64,000 nucleotides of DNA from an uncultured Vicinamibacterales bacterium (GCA_958295905.1 OY282382.1:4134910-4198909), one strand, 5' to 3'; numbered from the stretch's first letter, positions 1-11,276 are shown. Notes: generated from the sequence alone by a model not told the origin. A program made the numbers and translations.

Positions 1-650
1 TGAATCCCGTCGGCTTGGTTGAGAGTCGGATCGGCGGCCACCCCGTCGAGCAGGAACGGCAGAAACGCCACCTCGTGATCGCCGGCAAGGTCCGCGAACA
101 CCGCCCGAAACTGCGCGGTATAGGTCGCCCCGAAGTTCGGGGGCGCCTCCATGCCCGCCAGCAAGACCCGAATGCCGCGCTCCGCGGCCACCGAGAGGAT
201 CTGCGAGAGATTGCGTCGCATCTGATCGACCGGGAGTCCCCGGAGCCCGTCGTTCCCGCCCAGGGCCAGGATCAGGATGCGTACGTCGCCCTCGAGAGCC
301 CACTCCGCGCGGCTGAGCCCGGCCGCGCTCGTATCGCCGGACACCCCGGCGTTCACGACCGTCACCGCGTAGCCGTCGTCACGTAGCGCCCGCTCCAACC
401 GCGCCGGATAGGCGTCGTCCATGTCGAGCCCGAGCCCCGCGGTCAGGCTGTCTCCGAGGGCCACCACCAGCGGGCCGGGCCGGCCGGCGGGCGGGGCGTC
501 GCGGGCCGCAACCACCGAGCCGGCGCCGGGCGCGGCCGCCGGCGCCGCCGATTCGACCGCGTCCTCCGGGGCCCCGCCGCAGCCCGCGAGGACCATCCCC
601 GACAGGACCGCCCGCACCAGCCGAACGCTCACCCCCACGGTCCCTGTCAT
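1..650 (-). CDS. SGNH/GDSL-family esterase-lipase (TesA-like) with lipoprotein signal; C-terminus lies beyond the window edge
   Basis: Not in the ORF track because there is no stop in the window. Own translation from ATG 650-648: MTGTVGVSVRLVRAVLSGMVLAGCGG...PLVVALGDSLTAGLG...RILILALGGNDGLRG... Shows GDSL block I, GGND block III and an LAGC lipobox. Confidence 0.8.
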   Translation of the reverse strand, partial: MTGTVGVSVRLVRAVLSGMVLAGCGGAPEDAVESAAPAAAPGAGSVVAARDAPPAGRPGPLVVALGDSLTAGLGLDMDDAYPARLERALRDDGYAVTVVNAGVSGDTSAAGLSRAEWALEGDVRILILALGGNDGLRGLPVDQMRRNLSQILSVAAERGIRVLLAGMEAPPNFGATYTAQFRAVFADLAGDHEVAFLPFLLDGVAADPTLNQADGI

Positions 651-795
651 CACCTGACTAATGTTATTACGCAACGCGGTCTGCGCCGGTTCCCGCGGCG
701 GGCGGCCAGGGCGGCTGCGGCCGGCCGGCGGTGCGGCCCCGGCGATGCGCCGGAAACTCGGCGGACCATCTGCCGGCGCCTTCGGTCCGCCGGCG

Positions 796-1203
796 CTACC
801 CGCCGCCCCCGGTGCGGCGCGGGGTTGCGCCACGGGCTGGTACCCGGCGTCGAGAGGCGGACCACGCGCGCCAGTACAGAAGGACGCTCACGAGGAGCAG
901 CGCCCCGCCGAGGGCGGCCTGCATGCCCCGGGTCAATCCCGCCGGATAGATCGCCGCCGCGACGTAGTGCTCGATGAAGCCGCTCTCGTAGCCCGATGCC
1001 CCCGCCTGCCGCCGGAGGCGGACCTCGAGCGGGGTGAGCGGACAGACGGCCCCGGACCACGCGATGCCGACGCCCCACACGACCGCGGGCAGATGCAGCC
1101 ACGCGAGACGCGGGAACCGCCGAATCAGCAGCGCGCCGGCGGCCGCGAACAGGATGAACCCGGCGTGCGCCAGCAGGACGAGGTCGGCAAGAGCGCCGTA
1201 CAT
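796..1203 (-). CDS. DUF2784-like small integral membrane protein
   Basis: ORF 796..1314(-). I chose the internal ATG at 1203 (MYGALADLVLLAHAGFILFAAAG...). The product has several hydrophobic helices and the upstream 37 codons are R/G-rich filler. Confidence 0.6.
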   Translation of the reverse strand: MYGALADLVLLAHAGFILFAAAGALLIRRFPRLAWLHLPAVVWGVGIAWSGAVCPLTPLEVRLRRQAGASGYESGFIEHYVAAAIYPAGLTRGMQAALGGALLLVSVLLYWRAWSASRRRVPARGATPRRTGGGG

Positions 1204-1327
1204 CGGACTATCCCGCGCCCGTGCGCGCCGGGCCGCGGGACCGGCCCGCCGTTGTCTCGTCCCGCGCCCCGTGTAGAATAGGCCCATTCCCCGGCCGTCG
1301 CCCCGTCCTGTCACGAGGTGTCATCTG

Positions 1328-3013
<1,686 letters not shown>

Positions 3014-3068
3014 ACGCACCACGCGGAGCAGGGATGGACGCAACGCGGGACATCGACGCGGGCACGGC

Positions 3069-3335
3069 ATGACGGGGAACCCGGGCTGGTTCGCACGGCT
3101 GCAGGAACTGCTGGACGAGTTCTACGCGGCGCCGTATCGGGGGGCCCTGGCGCGCGCCCGGCGGGACGAGGACGACCTGTTCATGCTCTTCGTCTTCGCC
3201 GAACTCATGGGGGTGCCGAACCCCGCGGCGTACTACACGCTCGAGCTGCAGCCGGTGCTGCTCGAACGCTTTCACGACTGGCATCGCCGGCAGGGGTTGG
3301 ACCACTCTCCCCTCGACGGCTTCCGCTGCTGTTAG
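3069..3335 (+). CDS. small (88 aa) conserved protein ending in Cys-Cys-stop; resembles the family I recall being named cory-CC-star, which sits next to cstA and an ArsA-like ATPase
   Basis: ORF 3069..3335 starts with ATG and ends ...LDGFRCC-TAG. It lies between cstA and the ArsA-type ATPase. The family name is from memory only. Confidence 0.65.
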   Translation: MTGNPGWFARLQELLDEFYAAPYRGALARARRDEDDLFMLFVFAELMGVPNPAAYYTLELQPVLLERFHDWHRRQGLDHSPLDGFRCC

Positions 3336-3377
3336 CCAGCGCGAGCCGTCCCGGAGACATCACGCGGGAGCGCCGCC

Positions 3378-4409
3378 CTGCTCGATCACGTCCTGAACCG
3401 CCCCCTCCTCTTCGTCGGCGGCAAGGGCGGCGTCGGCAAGACGACGACGGCGGCCGCCCTCGGGCTCGCCGCCGCCGCCCGCGGCCGGCGGTGCCTGCTC
3501 GTCTCGACCGACCCGGCCCACTCGCTGGCCGACCTCTTCGGCCGCCCCGTCGGCGACCGGGACACCGCCATCGCCGACTCGTTGTGGGCGCTGGAGATCG
3601 ACCCCGACCGGCAGGCCGACGCGCACGTGCGGACCGTCAAGAACCGCATGAAGCGGCTCGTGCACCCCCGCCTGTTCGACGAGATCGACCGGCAGCTCGA
3701 TCTGGCGCGGATGGCCCCCGGCACGATGGAGGCGGCGCTGCTCGAACGCGTCGCCGAGATCATGACGCGGGCCGGACGCGACTACGACCGGGTCATCTTC
3801 GATACCGCGCCGACCGGGCACACCGTCCGGCTCCTGTCGCTGCCGGACATCATGGCGGCGTGGACCGACGGGCTGCTCGGCCACCGCGAACGGTCGGCGC
3901 GGCTCGGCGCCGCCCTCCGGCATCTGGGCGGGGGACGCGTCAAGGGCGACGAGCTGTCGAGGCTCGAGAGCGCCGCCGACCACGAACCGGGCAGCCGGGA
4001 TGCGCAGCTCGACGACCTCCTGCAGGCGCGGCGGCGGAAGTTCATTCACGCCCGCGGGCAGCTCCTCGATCACGCGCAGACCGCCTTCATCTCCGTGCTG
4101 AATCCGGACCGGCTCTCGGTGCTCGAGACGGCCAGGGCGCACGAAGTCCTGCGCCGGTTCTCGATACCGGTGACCGCGGTGGTGGTGAACCGGGTGCTGC
4201 CGGAAGACGCCGACGGCGCGTTTCTCGCCGCCCGGCGCGAGCAGGAAGCCCGCTACCTGGCGAAGATCGACCGGGTGTTCGCCGGGATACCGCAGGTGCG
4301 CACTCCCCTGCTGCCCGACGACGTCCACGACCTCGACACCCTTCGCGCGCTGGGCCGGCGCATCACCGGCGACGAAACCCGGCCGGACCCTCCGCCGCAC
4401 CCTGGGTAG
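3378..4409 (+). CDS. ArsA/GET3-family P-loop ATPase (single-domain); start codon uncertain (CTG 3378 proposed)
   Basis: The frame is open from 3336. Walker A LFVGGKGGVGKTTTAAALG starts at about 3408, and the signature FDTAPTGHTVRLLSLP is present. The track ORF (ATG 3582) would lack the P-loop. There is no ATG, GTG or TTG between TAG 3333-3335 and the P-loop. GGGAG lies 7 nt before CTG 3378. Confidence 0.8.
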   Translation: MLDHVLNRPLLFVGGKGGVGKTTTAAALGLAAAARGRRCLLVSTDPAHSLADLFGRPVGDRDTAIADSLWALEIDPDRQADAHVRTVKNRMKRLVHPRLFDEIDRQLDLARMAPGTMEAALLERVAEIMTRAGRDYDRVIFDTAPTGHTVRLLSLPDIMAAWTDGLLGHRERSARLGAALRHLGGGRVKGDELSRLESAADHEPGSRDAQLDDLLQARRRKFIHARGQLLDHAQTAFISVLNPDRLSVLETARAHEVLRRFSIPVTAVVVNRVLPEDADGAFLAARREQEARYLAKIDRVFAGIPQVRTPLLPDDVHDLDTLRALGRRITGDETRPDPPPHPG

Positions 4410-4498
4410 CGGGCAGGCGAGCCCTCTGCGCGCTGCAAACGGCCCGCCCTGCCCGTCATTGGCCTTGATCACACCCGGCGTCGGCCTGCCGGCTCCGG

Positions 4499-4600
4499 GT
4501 CAGCGCCCTCCCGAGGACGTTGCGGGAAGTTGATCGCCGTGTCGGTGACGTCGAGGTTGAGGGGGCTCCGCGTCAGCGCCCTCCCGAGGACGTTGCGGGA
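4499..4600. repeat. 29-bp perfect direct repeat (4499-4527 and 4572-4600), period 73 bp
   Basis: GTCAGCGCCCTCCCGAGGACGTTGCGGGA occurs twice. The second copy contains the stop codon (TCA 4573-4575 on plus) and the last codons of CDS 4573..6483. Confidence 0.9.
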
Positions 4601-6483
4601 GACGGCGCCGGAAACGGATACCCGGGCGGCCCGTAGGTATAGAACGCCCCCAGGGAGTCGATCTCGTCCATGTCGGGATACAGCACCCCGAAGGCGGGCG
4701 CCTCGCGGCTGCCCCGCGGCGAGTACCAGACGGCGCCGTCTCCGGTGATCTGGATCTTGGGCGAGTCGGCGTGCCGCTGCGGCTTGGGATAGAACGTGAA
4801 CTTCTCGGCGCGCGGGTCGAACTTCCAGAGCGAGGCGCCGTACTCGCCGTCGGTCCGCTGGCCCACGTCGGCCGCCCAGATGTTGTCGTCGGGGTCGGCG
4901 GCGACGTCGTACGGCTCCGCGTTCTGCTGCGGGATCGTCCACTCGGTCATCTTGCCGGTGGCCTGGTCCAGCTTGACCAGCTTTCCGGCCCGCCTGCCGG
5001 CGGAGTAGATGCCCCACCAGATGTTGTTCTCGGAATCGACGTTCAACCGCCGCGTGTGCCCCGGGTAGGTGGGAGCCGTGAACTCCGTCCACGAGTTGTT
5101 GGACGTGTCGAACTTGACGATCTTGCCGCCGCTCCAGAGGGCGATCCAGATGTTGTCGTTGCGGTCGGCCACGACGCCGTAGGGGATGGCGTGCGGGGTC
5201 GGGATGCGGAACACCGACACCTCCCCGGTGGCCCGGTCCCACTTGCTCAGGGCCCCGCCCATGATCCACCCGACGTAGATGTTGCCCTTCGAATCCATCG
5301 CCAGCGACTGCATGAACTTCGTCGGGTTGCGCACCACGTCGTCGGGGTCCATCGGAATCTGGTGCTCGAACTCCTCGGTCTCGGGATTGAACCCCAGGAG
5401 CCGCTTCTCCTTGGCCCCGGTGCGGCCCCGGTGCTCCGGCAGCCAGATGAGGCCGGACGGATCGATGAGAATCTCGTGGTTGCCGTTGCGGGGATCGGGA
5501 TAGAGGTACTCCCACTGCCCGCCGGTGCGGGGGTCCAGCTTGACGAGCCGGTGCGGAACGCCGCGGTCGACCAGCCAGACGTTGCCGTCCGCGTCGAAGC
5601 GCGGGTCCTGGCCGTAGCGGGCGACCCGGTCCCGGGCCCAGCGGGGATCGTTGACGCCTTCACCGGGTCCGTCCTTGGCGAGGTAGTACTCGATGTACAT
5701 CGCCTTGCCGAGGGCCTCTTCGTCGACCGGCGTCTGCTGCTCGATGCGCACGCGCCGGCGCTTGCTGTCGGGCCCGAAGTTCTCGGCGGCATACGCCAGC
5801 AGGTCGTCCCGGTCCTGCCGGCCGAAGCGGAACATCGACGCCCGGAACGAGAGCAGGCCCTGCGCGTACCGGGTGGGATCCTGCTCCCCGAGGGTGCTGC
5901 CGACCATGTGGTCGATCCAGGTCATCCACTGGCGTTCGGTTCCCGGACGCGAGGGGAAGAAGTTCTCGCCGTGGCACACCATGCAGACCTGCTCGGCGAC
6001 CGCCCGGCCGGGCCCCGGCGGGTAGATCTCGTCGTAGCCCGCGTACTCGAACGCGCCGGCCGCGCCGCTCTCCATCGCGGTCCGGCCGGCCGGGATGACG
6101 AGCGGGGGCGCGTCGCCCGAGAGCGCGCCCAGCGCCAGATCGATCTCCGCCGCGTCGCCGGCGCCCACCGTCACCGTCCGGACATCCGACTCGAGGCGCT
6201 TCGTGCTGGCGCTCACCTCGTAGGTGCCCGGAAACAGGGCTACGGCCCGGTAGCGCCCCGCGTTCGTGTACACCATGTGCACGATCCCCCGGTCGACGTT
6301 GCGAACGTAGACCTGCGCCGCCGTGAACGGCTGGGAGGCCGTCACGGTCCCCGACAGGCTTGCGGTTCCCGGCACCTCCGCCTGCAGACCGATCCCGGTC
6401 AGGGCGAGGACCGGCGCGAACAGCGCCACGGCCAACCGCCGGGCACGATATCGGCCCGCGCCACGCATTGTCGAAAGCTCCAT
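4573..6483 (-). CDS. secreted multidomain protein: carboxypeptidase-regulatory-like Ig domain + c-type heme site + Vgb/NHL-like beta-propeller
   Basis: 636 aa. Signal peptide RRLAVALFAPVLALTGIGLQA. N-terminal region GTVT...ARVYV-like. One CxxCH motif (CMVCH). C-terminal repeated D.(G/D)N(I/V)W(F/I/V/L) blades (DGNVWLV, KGNIYVG, NDNIWIA, ENNIWWG, DDNIWAA). Confidence 0.8.
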   Translation of the reverse strand: MELSTMRGAGRYRARRLAVALFAPVLALTGIGLQAEVPGTASLSGTVTASQPFTAAQVYVRNVDRGIVHMVYTNAGRYRAVALFPGTYEVSASTKRLESDVRTVTVGAGDAAEIDLALGALSGDAPPLVIPAGRTAMESGAAGAFEYAGYDEIYPPGPGRAVAEQVCMVCHGENFFPSRPGTERQWMTWIDHMVGSTLGEQDPTRYAQGLLSFRASMFRFGRQDRDDLLAYAAENFGPDSKRRRVRIEQQTPVDEEALGKAMYIEYYLAKDGPGEGVNDPRWARDRVARYGQDPRFDADGNVWLVDRGVPHRLVKLDPRTGGQWEYLYPDPRNGNHEILIDPSGLIWLPEHRGRTGAKEKRLLGFNPETEEFEHQIPMDPDDVVRNPTKFMQSLAMDSKGNIYVGWIMGGALSKWDRATGEVSVFRIPTPHAIPYGVVADRNDNIWIALWSGGKIVKFDTSNNSWTEFTAPTYPGHTRRLNVDSENNIWWGIYSAGRRAGKLVKLDQATGKMTEWTIPQQNAEPYDVAADPDDNIWAADVGQRTDGEYGASLWKFDPRAEKFTFYPKPQRHADSPKIQITGDGAVWYSPRGSREAPAFGVLYPDMDEIDSLGAFYTYGPPGYPFPAPSPATSSGGR

Positions 6484-6760
6484 CTCCTGCTCCTTGGAAG
6501 GTCGGCGGATCGACGGGATGTCGTCACGTGAAGAGAATGCGCCCCGCGGCAGGCCAAGTCAAGTCACGGCCGCCCGCCGCCGCCCGCGCAAAAGCGCGGC
6601 GCAAAGCGTCGAAGCAACCGTCGGATGTGGGCGCCGCCGGTCTTCCGGCCCCGGCCCCGCCGGCCGACGAACCAATCCTGCAGGAGCCCGCGACGCATCT
6701 GCGGCGCAGGCTCCCCGGAGCCCGCGACCGCGCCCGCCAAGTCCGCCCGGAACCCGGCGC

Positions 6761-8263
<1,503 letters not shown>

Positions 8264-8351
8264 GCCTGTCTCCTTGCACGACCCGCCGCCGGCTCCTCTC
8301 GGGCCCGGGGCCGCCGATCAGATGTCGTTTCCGCCGTATGCGGACGATGGG

Positions 8352-9740
8352 TCAGCCGCTCCCGGCGATCCGGTAGAGCTTCGACTGCGTGCGCAGAATC
8401 ACGCTGCCGCGCGCCACCGCGGGTGTCGCCAACGTCATTTCATCCAGAGAGTTCTTGTGCAGGATCTCGAACTCGGGTCCCGCCTTGACCACGAAGGTGT
8501 CGCCGTCCTCGCTCAACAGGAAGATCCGGCCGTTGTAGCCCCACGGCGACGCGGTGAAGCCGTTCCCGATCTCCAGACGCCGCCGGCCGTAGATCTCCTC
8601 CCCGGTGACCGCATCGTGCGCGAGCAGGAAGCCGCGGTCGAGCAGGGTGTAGTAGATGTCGCCGTAGACGAGGGCGGTGGTGTTGTAGGTGCCCAGCAGC
8701 GGATAGGCCCAGACGACGTGGGAGTCCTGCGAGTAGGTCCGGCTGCCGGGAAACCCCTCCTGCAGGCCGCTCGCGACCTCCTGGTAGATGGAGATGTCGC
8801 CGGCCGCGCCGGGCTGGATGGCGTAGACCGGCCGCAGGGCGCCGCCGGGATAGCCCGAGCTGATGTAGACCAGCCCGTGGCTCGTGAACGGGCTGGGGGT
8901 GGTCAGCAGCGACATCCCCCCGAGCTCCCACAGCAGCCCGCCGTCGAGGCCGTAGGAGCGGACCCTCCCGGTGGCGGAGGTGACGATCTCGGTGCGCAGA
9001 GGGTTCTCCCACACGAGGGGGGTCGACCACGTATGCCCGGGCTCGTCGCGCTCGACCCGCCACACGTCCTCGCCGGTCGCCGCATCCAGCGCCGCCAGAA
9101 ACGACTGCGTGGTGTTGTCGTTCAGGACGTACAGCCGGCCGTCGTGCAGGGCCGGGGACGACGCGGTGGCCATCGCCTGCATGGTGTTGAACGTCCCGAC
9201 GTCCCGGCGCCAGACCTCCCGGCCCTCGAAGTCGAGGGCCGCGACCAGTCCGATGGGGCCGAAGTAGACGTAGACCCGTTCGCCGTCGGTGACCGGCGTC
9301 TCCGAGGCGTAGCTGTTCTTGAGATGCCGGGTAATCCCCGGCACCGCGCGGTGGAGCTCCCGCACCCACCGCACCGCGCCGGTCTCGAAGTCGATGTCGT
9401 ACACCAGCCACCGGTGCTCGCCGCTGGCCGGCACCGACCCGTTGTGCTCGCCCGGGTCGTACAGGCCGGGAATGGGCTGCACCTCGTCGTCCGCCGCGCT
9501 GACCGCGGTGGTGACGAATATGTGGTCGCCCCAGACGATCGGCGAGCTCCAGCTCAGCCCGGGGACGTCGATCTTCCAGGCGATGTTCTCGGTCTCGCTC
9601 CACCGGTCGGGCAGGGCCGGGTCGTCGGCCACGTTGCCGGCGTTCAGCCCCCGGAACTGCGGCCAGTGCTGCGCCGCCGCGTCCGGGGCGGGGACCAGCA
9701 GCCAGCCGACGCCGAAAATGCCGATCAGGATGCGCTTCAT
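8352..9740 (-). CDS. secreted PQQ-like (BamB-type) beta-propeller repeat protein
   Basis: ORF 8352..9863. The start is placed at ATG 9740 (MKRILIGIFGVGWLLVPAPDAAAQ signal peptide). Then HWPQFRG and repeated W....(G)....SP.. propeller blades. Confidence 0.85.
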   Translation of the reverse strand: MKRILIGIFGVGWLLVPAPDAAAQHWPQFRGLNAGNVADDPALPDRWSETENIAWKIDVPGLSWSSPIVWGDHIFVTTAVSAADDEVQPIPGLYDPGEHNGSVPASGEHRWLVYDIDFETGAVRWVRELHRAVPGITRHLKNSYASETPVTDGERVYVYFGPIGLVAALDFEGREVWRRDVGTFNTMQAMATASSPALHDGRLYVLNDNTTQSFLAALDAATGEDVWRVERDEPGHTWSTPLVWENPLRTEIVTSATGRVRSYGLDGGLLWELGGMSLLTTPSPFTSHGLVYISSGYPGGALRPVYAIQPGAAGDISIYQEVASGLQEGFPGSRTYSQDSHVVWAYPLLGTYNTTALVYGDIYYTLLDRGFLLAHDAVTGEEIYGRRRLEIGNGFTASPWGYNGRIFLLSEDGDTFVVKAGPEFEILHKNSLDEMTLATPAVARGSVILRTQSKLYRIAGSG

Positions 9741-9818
9741 CGTGTCGCTCCTCGTCCGGACCGCGCCGGCGATGACGATGCGGCCGCACACCAAGATGTT
9801 CGTGTCAACCGCAATCAC
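9741..9818 (-). pseudogene. vapC: vapC (PIN toxin) 5' stub, truncated after about 10 codons and fused in frame to the downstream propeller gene
   Basis: GTG at 9818-9816 overlaps the vapB stop (TGA 9817-9815) in a GTGA junction. It encodes V-IAVDTNILV, the canonical PIN N-terminus. It then reads CGRIVIAGAVRTRSDT straight into ATG 9740 with no stop. Confidence 0.55.
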
Positions 9819-10063
9819 GGCGTTCCCCGGCCGCGTCGATACGTATCGCGCAGGTCCTGCCACGAGTACGACTCCAAGGGATCGGGCGCCTCGGCTTCCC
9901 CTGCGCTCAAGTCCGGCAACCGATAACGAGAACGGGCCGACGGCGTCGCCGGCACCGGGCGGAGCCCCTCCTCGATCACCGCGCGCAACGGTCGACCGAT
10001 GCGCCGGGCATGCCGCTTCGCCCGAATCAGGAGGTCATCGTGCATGTCCAGCGCCGTCTTCAT
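9815..10063 (-). CDS. vapB: VapB-type antitoxin (orphaned)
   Basis: MKTALDMHDDLLIRAKRHARRIGRPLRAVIEEGLR... is a typical antitoxin N-terminus. It is followed by the PIN stub. TAGTAT lies 8 nt upstream of the ATG and there is no SD. Confidence 0.7.
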   Translation of the reverse strand: MKTALDMHDDLLIRAKRHARRIGRPLRAVIEEGLRPVPATPSARSRYRLPDLSAGEAEAPDPLESYSWQDLRDTYRRGRGTP

Positions 10064-10099
10064 GATTTCCCATACTACCCATATCAAGTGAGATGGGCC

Positions 10100-10505
10100 A
10101 ACCCGCCGGGCGGAGCCGGTCCGCGCAGCCGCGGGCCGGCGACGTCAGACCACGCGGGCAGGGAGCCGACCCAGCCCCCCGCGGATGGCACGCCGCCAGC
10201 AGACGACCGCACAACCGGCGCTCCGCAGTCCCAGCCCCGCCACCTTGGCGCGGCGCAGGCAGTCGCCCCACCGTCGACCGCGACGCCCCCAGGCTGCGGG
10301 CGATGACTCGGATGCTCAATGCCGCGGCGAGTACAGCCGCCGCACTTCTCGGATCTTGCGCATGGACAACCTCCTGTTCGCCGGCGTTCGTCCCTCCTGC
10401 AAAAGCAGAAAGGTCTCACGGCCAGCGGGTCGTCCCGCGCCGCTCAGCGCCGACGGGTGATCGATTTCGACCGGAATCGGTGATCGATTTTCGGTCGGAA
10501 TACGC
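10100..10505 (-). mobile_element. IS21-family insertion sequence remnant: left end with tandem terminal repeats plus a frameshifted, truncated istA 5' stub
   Basis: ATG 10363 is preceded by GGAGG. It reads MRKIREVRRLYSPRH*, then in other frames LSIRVIARSLGASRSTV (HTH) and RRAKVAGLGL, which together match the IstA N-terminus MRKIREVLRL..LS.R.IARS.GVSRSTV..YL.RA.AAGLSWPL. Only about 70 of about 500 codons remain. Confidence 0.55.
10456..10501. repeat. tandem 22-24 bp direct repeats (GGTGATCGATTT(T)CG.CCGGAAT x2) at the IS21-like terminus
   Basis: The copies are at 10456-10477 and 10478-10501. IS21-family ends characteristically carry multiple repeated transposase-binding sites. Confidence 0.6.
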
Positions 10506-10614
10506 AGGTGCCGAGACCGAGGAGCCGGCCGGCGGTCCGGACTGCTCCGGCGCGTAACCTGCAGGGGCGGCGCCGGTCAGCGGGGTCCGTTTCCGCAGAC
10601 TTCGGTCTGCGGCC

Positions 10615-10860
10615 TCACTGAAGCAGGAACCGCGGTGCTGCGATGACCAAGCCGGCCACGGCGGGCATCCGCCACGTCATGCGCGTTTCGGCGGCGCTCA
10701 CGGCGGTCAGCACGTCGGCAATCCGGGCGTTGAGCTGGTCGGGCGTGACGTGCTCGCCGTGCTCGGCCGCGCGCCGAATGCCGTCTGCGATGGCGTCGGC
10801 CTGCGAGCGATCGATCCCCGCGGCGGTCAACTCCCGGGCGATGGTGAGTGGATCGAACAC
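10615..10860 (-). CDS. DUF1640-like small protein with C-terminal membrane anchor (paralog 1)
   Basis: GTG 10860 is preceded by GGAGGTGACC. Product: VFDPLTIARELTAAGIDRSQADAIADGIRRAAEHGEHVTPDQL...WRMPAVAGLVIAAPRFLLQ. Confidence 0.65.
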   Translation of the reverse strand: MFDPLTIARELTAAGIDRSQADAIADGIRRAAEHGEHVTPDQLNARIADVLTAVSAAETRMTWRMPAVAGLVIAAPRFLLQ

Positions 10861-10862
10861 GG

Positions 10863-11276
10863 TCACCTCCCCCGTTCGAAGCGCTCCTGTTGAAGCTCCT
10901 GCAGGCGCCTGCGCCCCCGGTCCTGGAGCGCCGTTATGCCCTGCCTGCGGACGGCGTCGGCGCTGATGAAGCGGGCCCGGGTCGCCGGCTCGCGCCTGCA
11001 GCCACAGCGCCACGGCCGCGGCGCCGCGGTTGACGAAGTGTGTCCGCCGTTCACGGTTTCCCTTCCCCACCGCGCGGATCGCCAGCCAGTGTGCCGTTCC
11101 GTAAAATAGGGAACGTAATTCTCTCGCTTCGTGCCGCGGGTCGATGGCGCGGTGCGGTCCCGGTGGAACCACCGGGCGGCGTCACCGTAGTCCTGCGCCA
11201 CACCCCGGCCTTCTTCAATGCAATGAAGCCGAGTCGCCGCGCCCAGCCGCGATTCAGTTGTCCCCTCCTTACTCAT
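10863..11276 (-). pseudogene. mosaic of gene fragments: one Sel1-type repeat plus pieces of a tyrosine recombinase
   Basis: Frame a: LGAATRLHCIEEGRGVAQDYGDAARWF, a Sel1 consensus. Frame b (ORF 10615..11172): LFYGTA..LAIRAVGKGNRERRTHFVNRGAAAVALWLQAR, which resembles XerC/D V.V.GKG.KER..P....A...L..WL. No catalytic HxxR or Tyr region is present. Confidence 0.4.

Noticed and set aside
3333-3335. TAG decoded as pyrrolysine
   Set aside because: No pyl genes are visible. The organism type (GC-rich, diderm-like envelope genes) is not one known to use Pyl. Rare-codon initiation or simple readthrough are more economical explanations.
3582-4409. ATG 3582 as the ArsA-like start, as in the ORF track
   Set aside because: It would remove the Walker A P-loop (GGKGGVGKTT at 3417) and about 60 conserved N-terminal residues that are clearly encoded in frame upstream.
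8264-8351. SAH riboswitch upstream of ahcY
   Set aside because: Only 88 nt are available. The minus-strand leader (..CCCGAGAGGAGCCGGCGGCGGGUCGUGCAAGGAGACAGGC-AUG) shares a GAGGAGC-like bit but lacks the conserved AACGGCGCUC segment and the pseudoknot partners. A cmscan with the SAH riboswitch model would settle it.
10863-11276. 137-aa ORF as an intact gene
   Set aside because: The sequence is a patchwork. It has a single Sel1-like repeat, then junk, while the recombinase-like motif lies in a different frame of the same stretch. There is no coherent domain.
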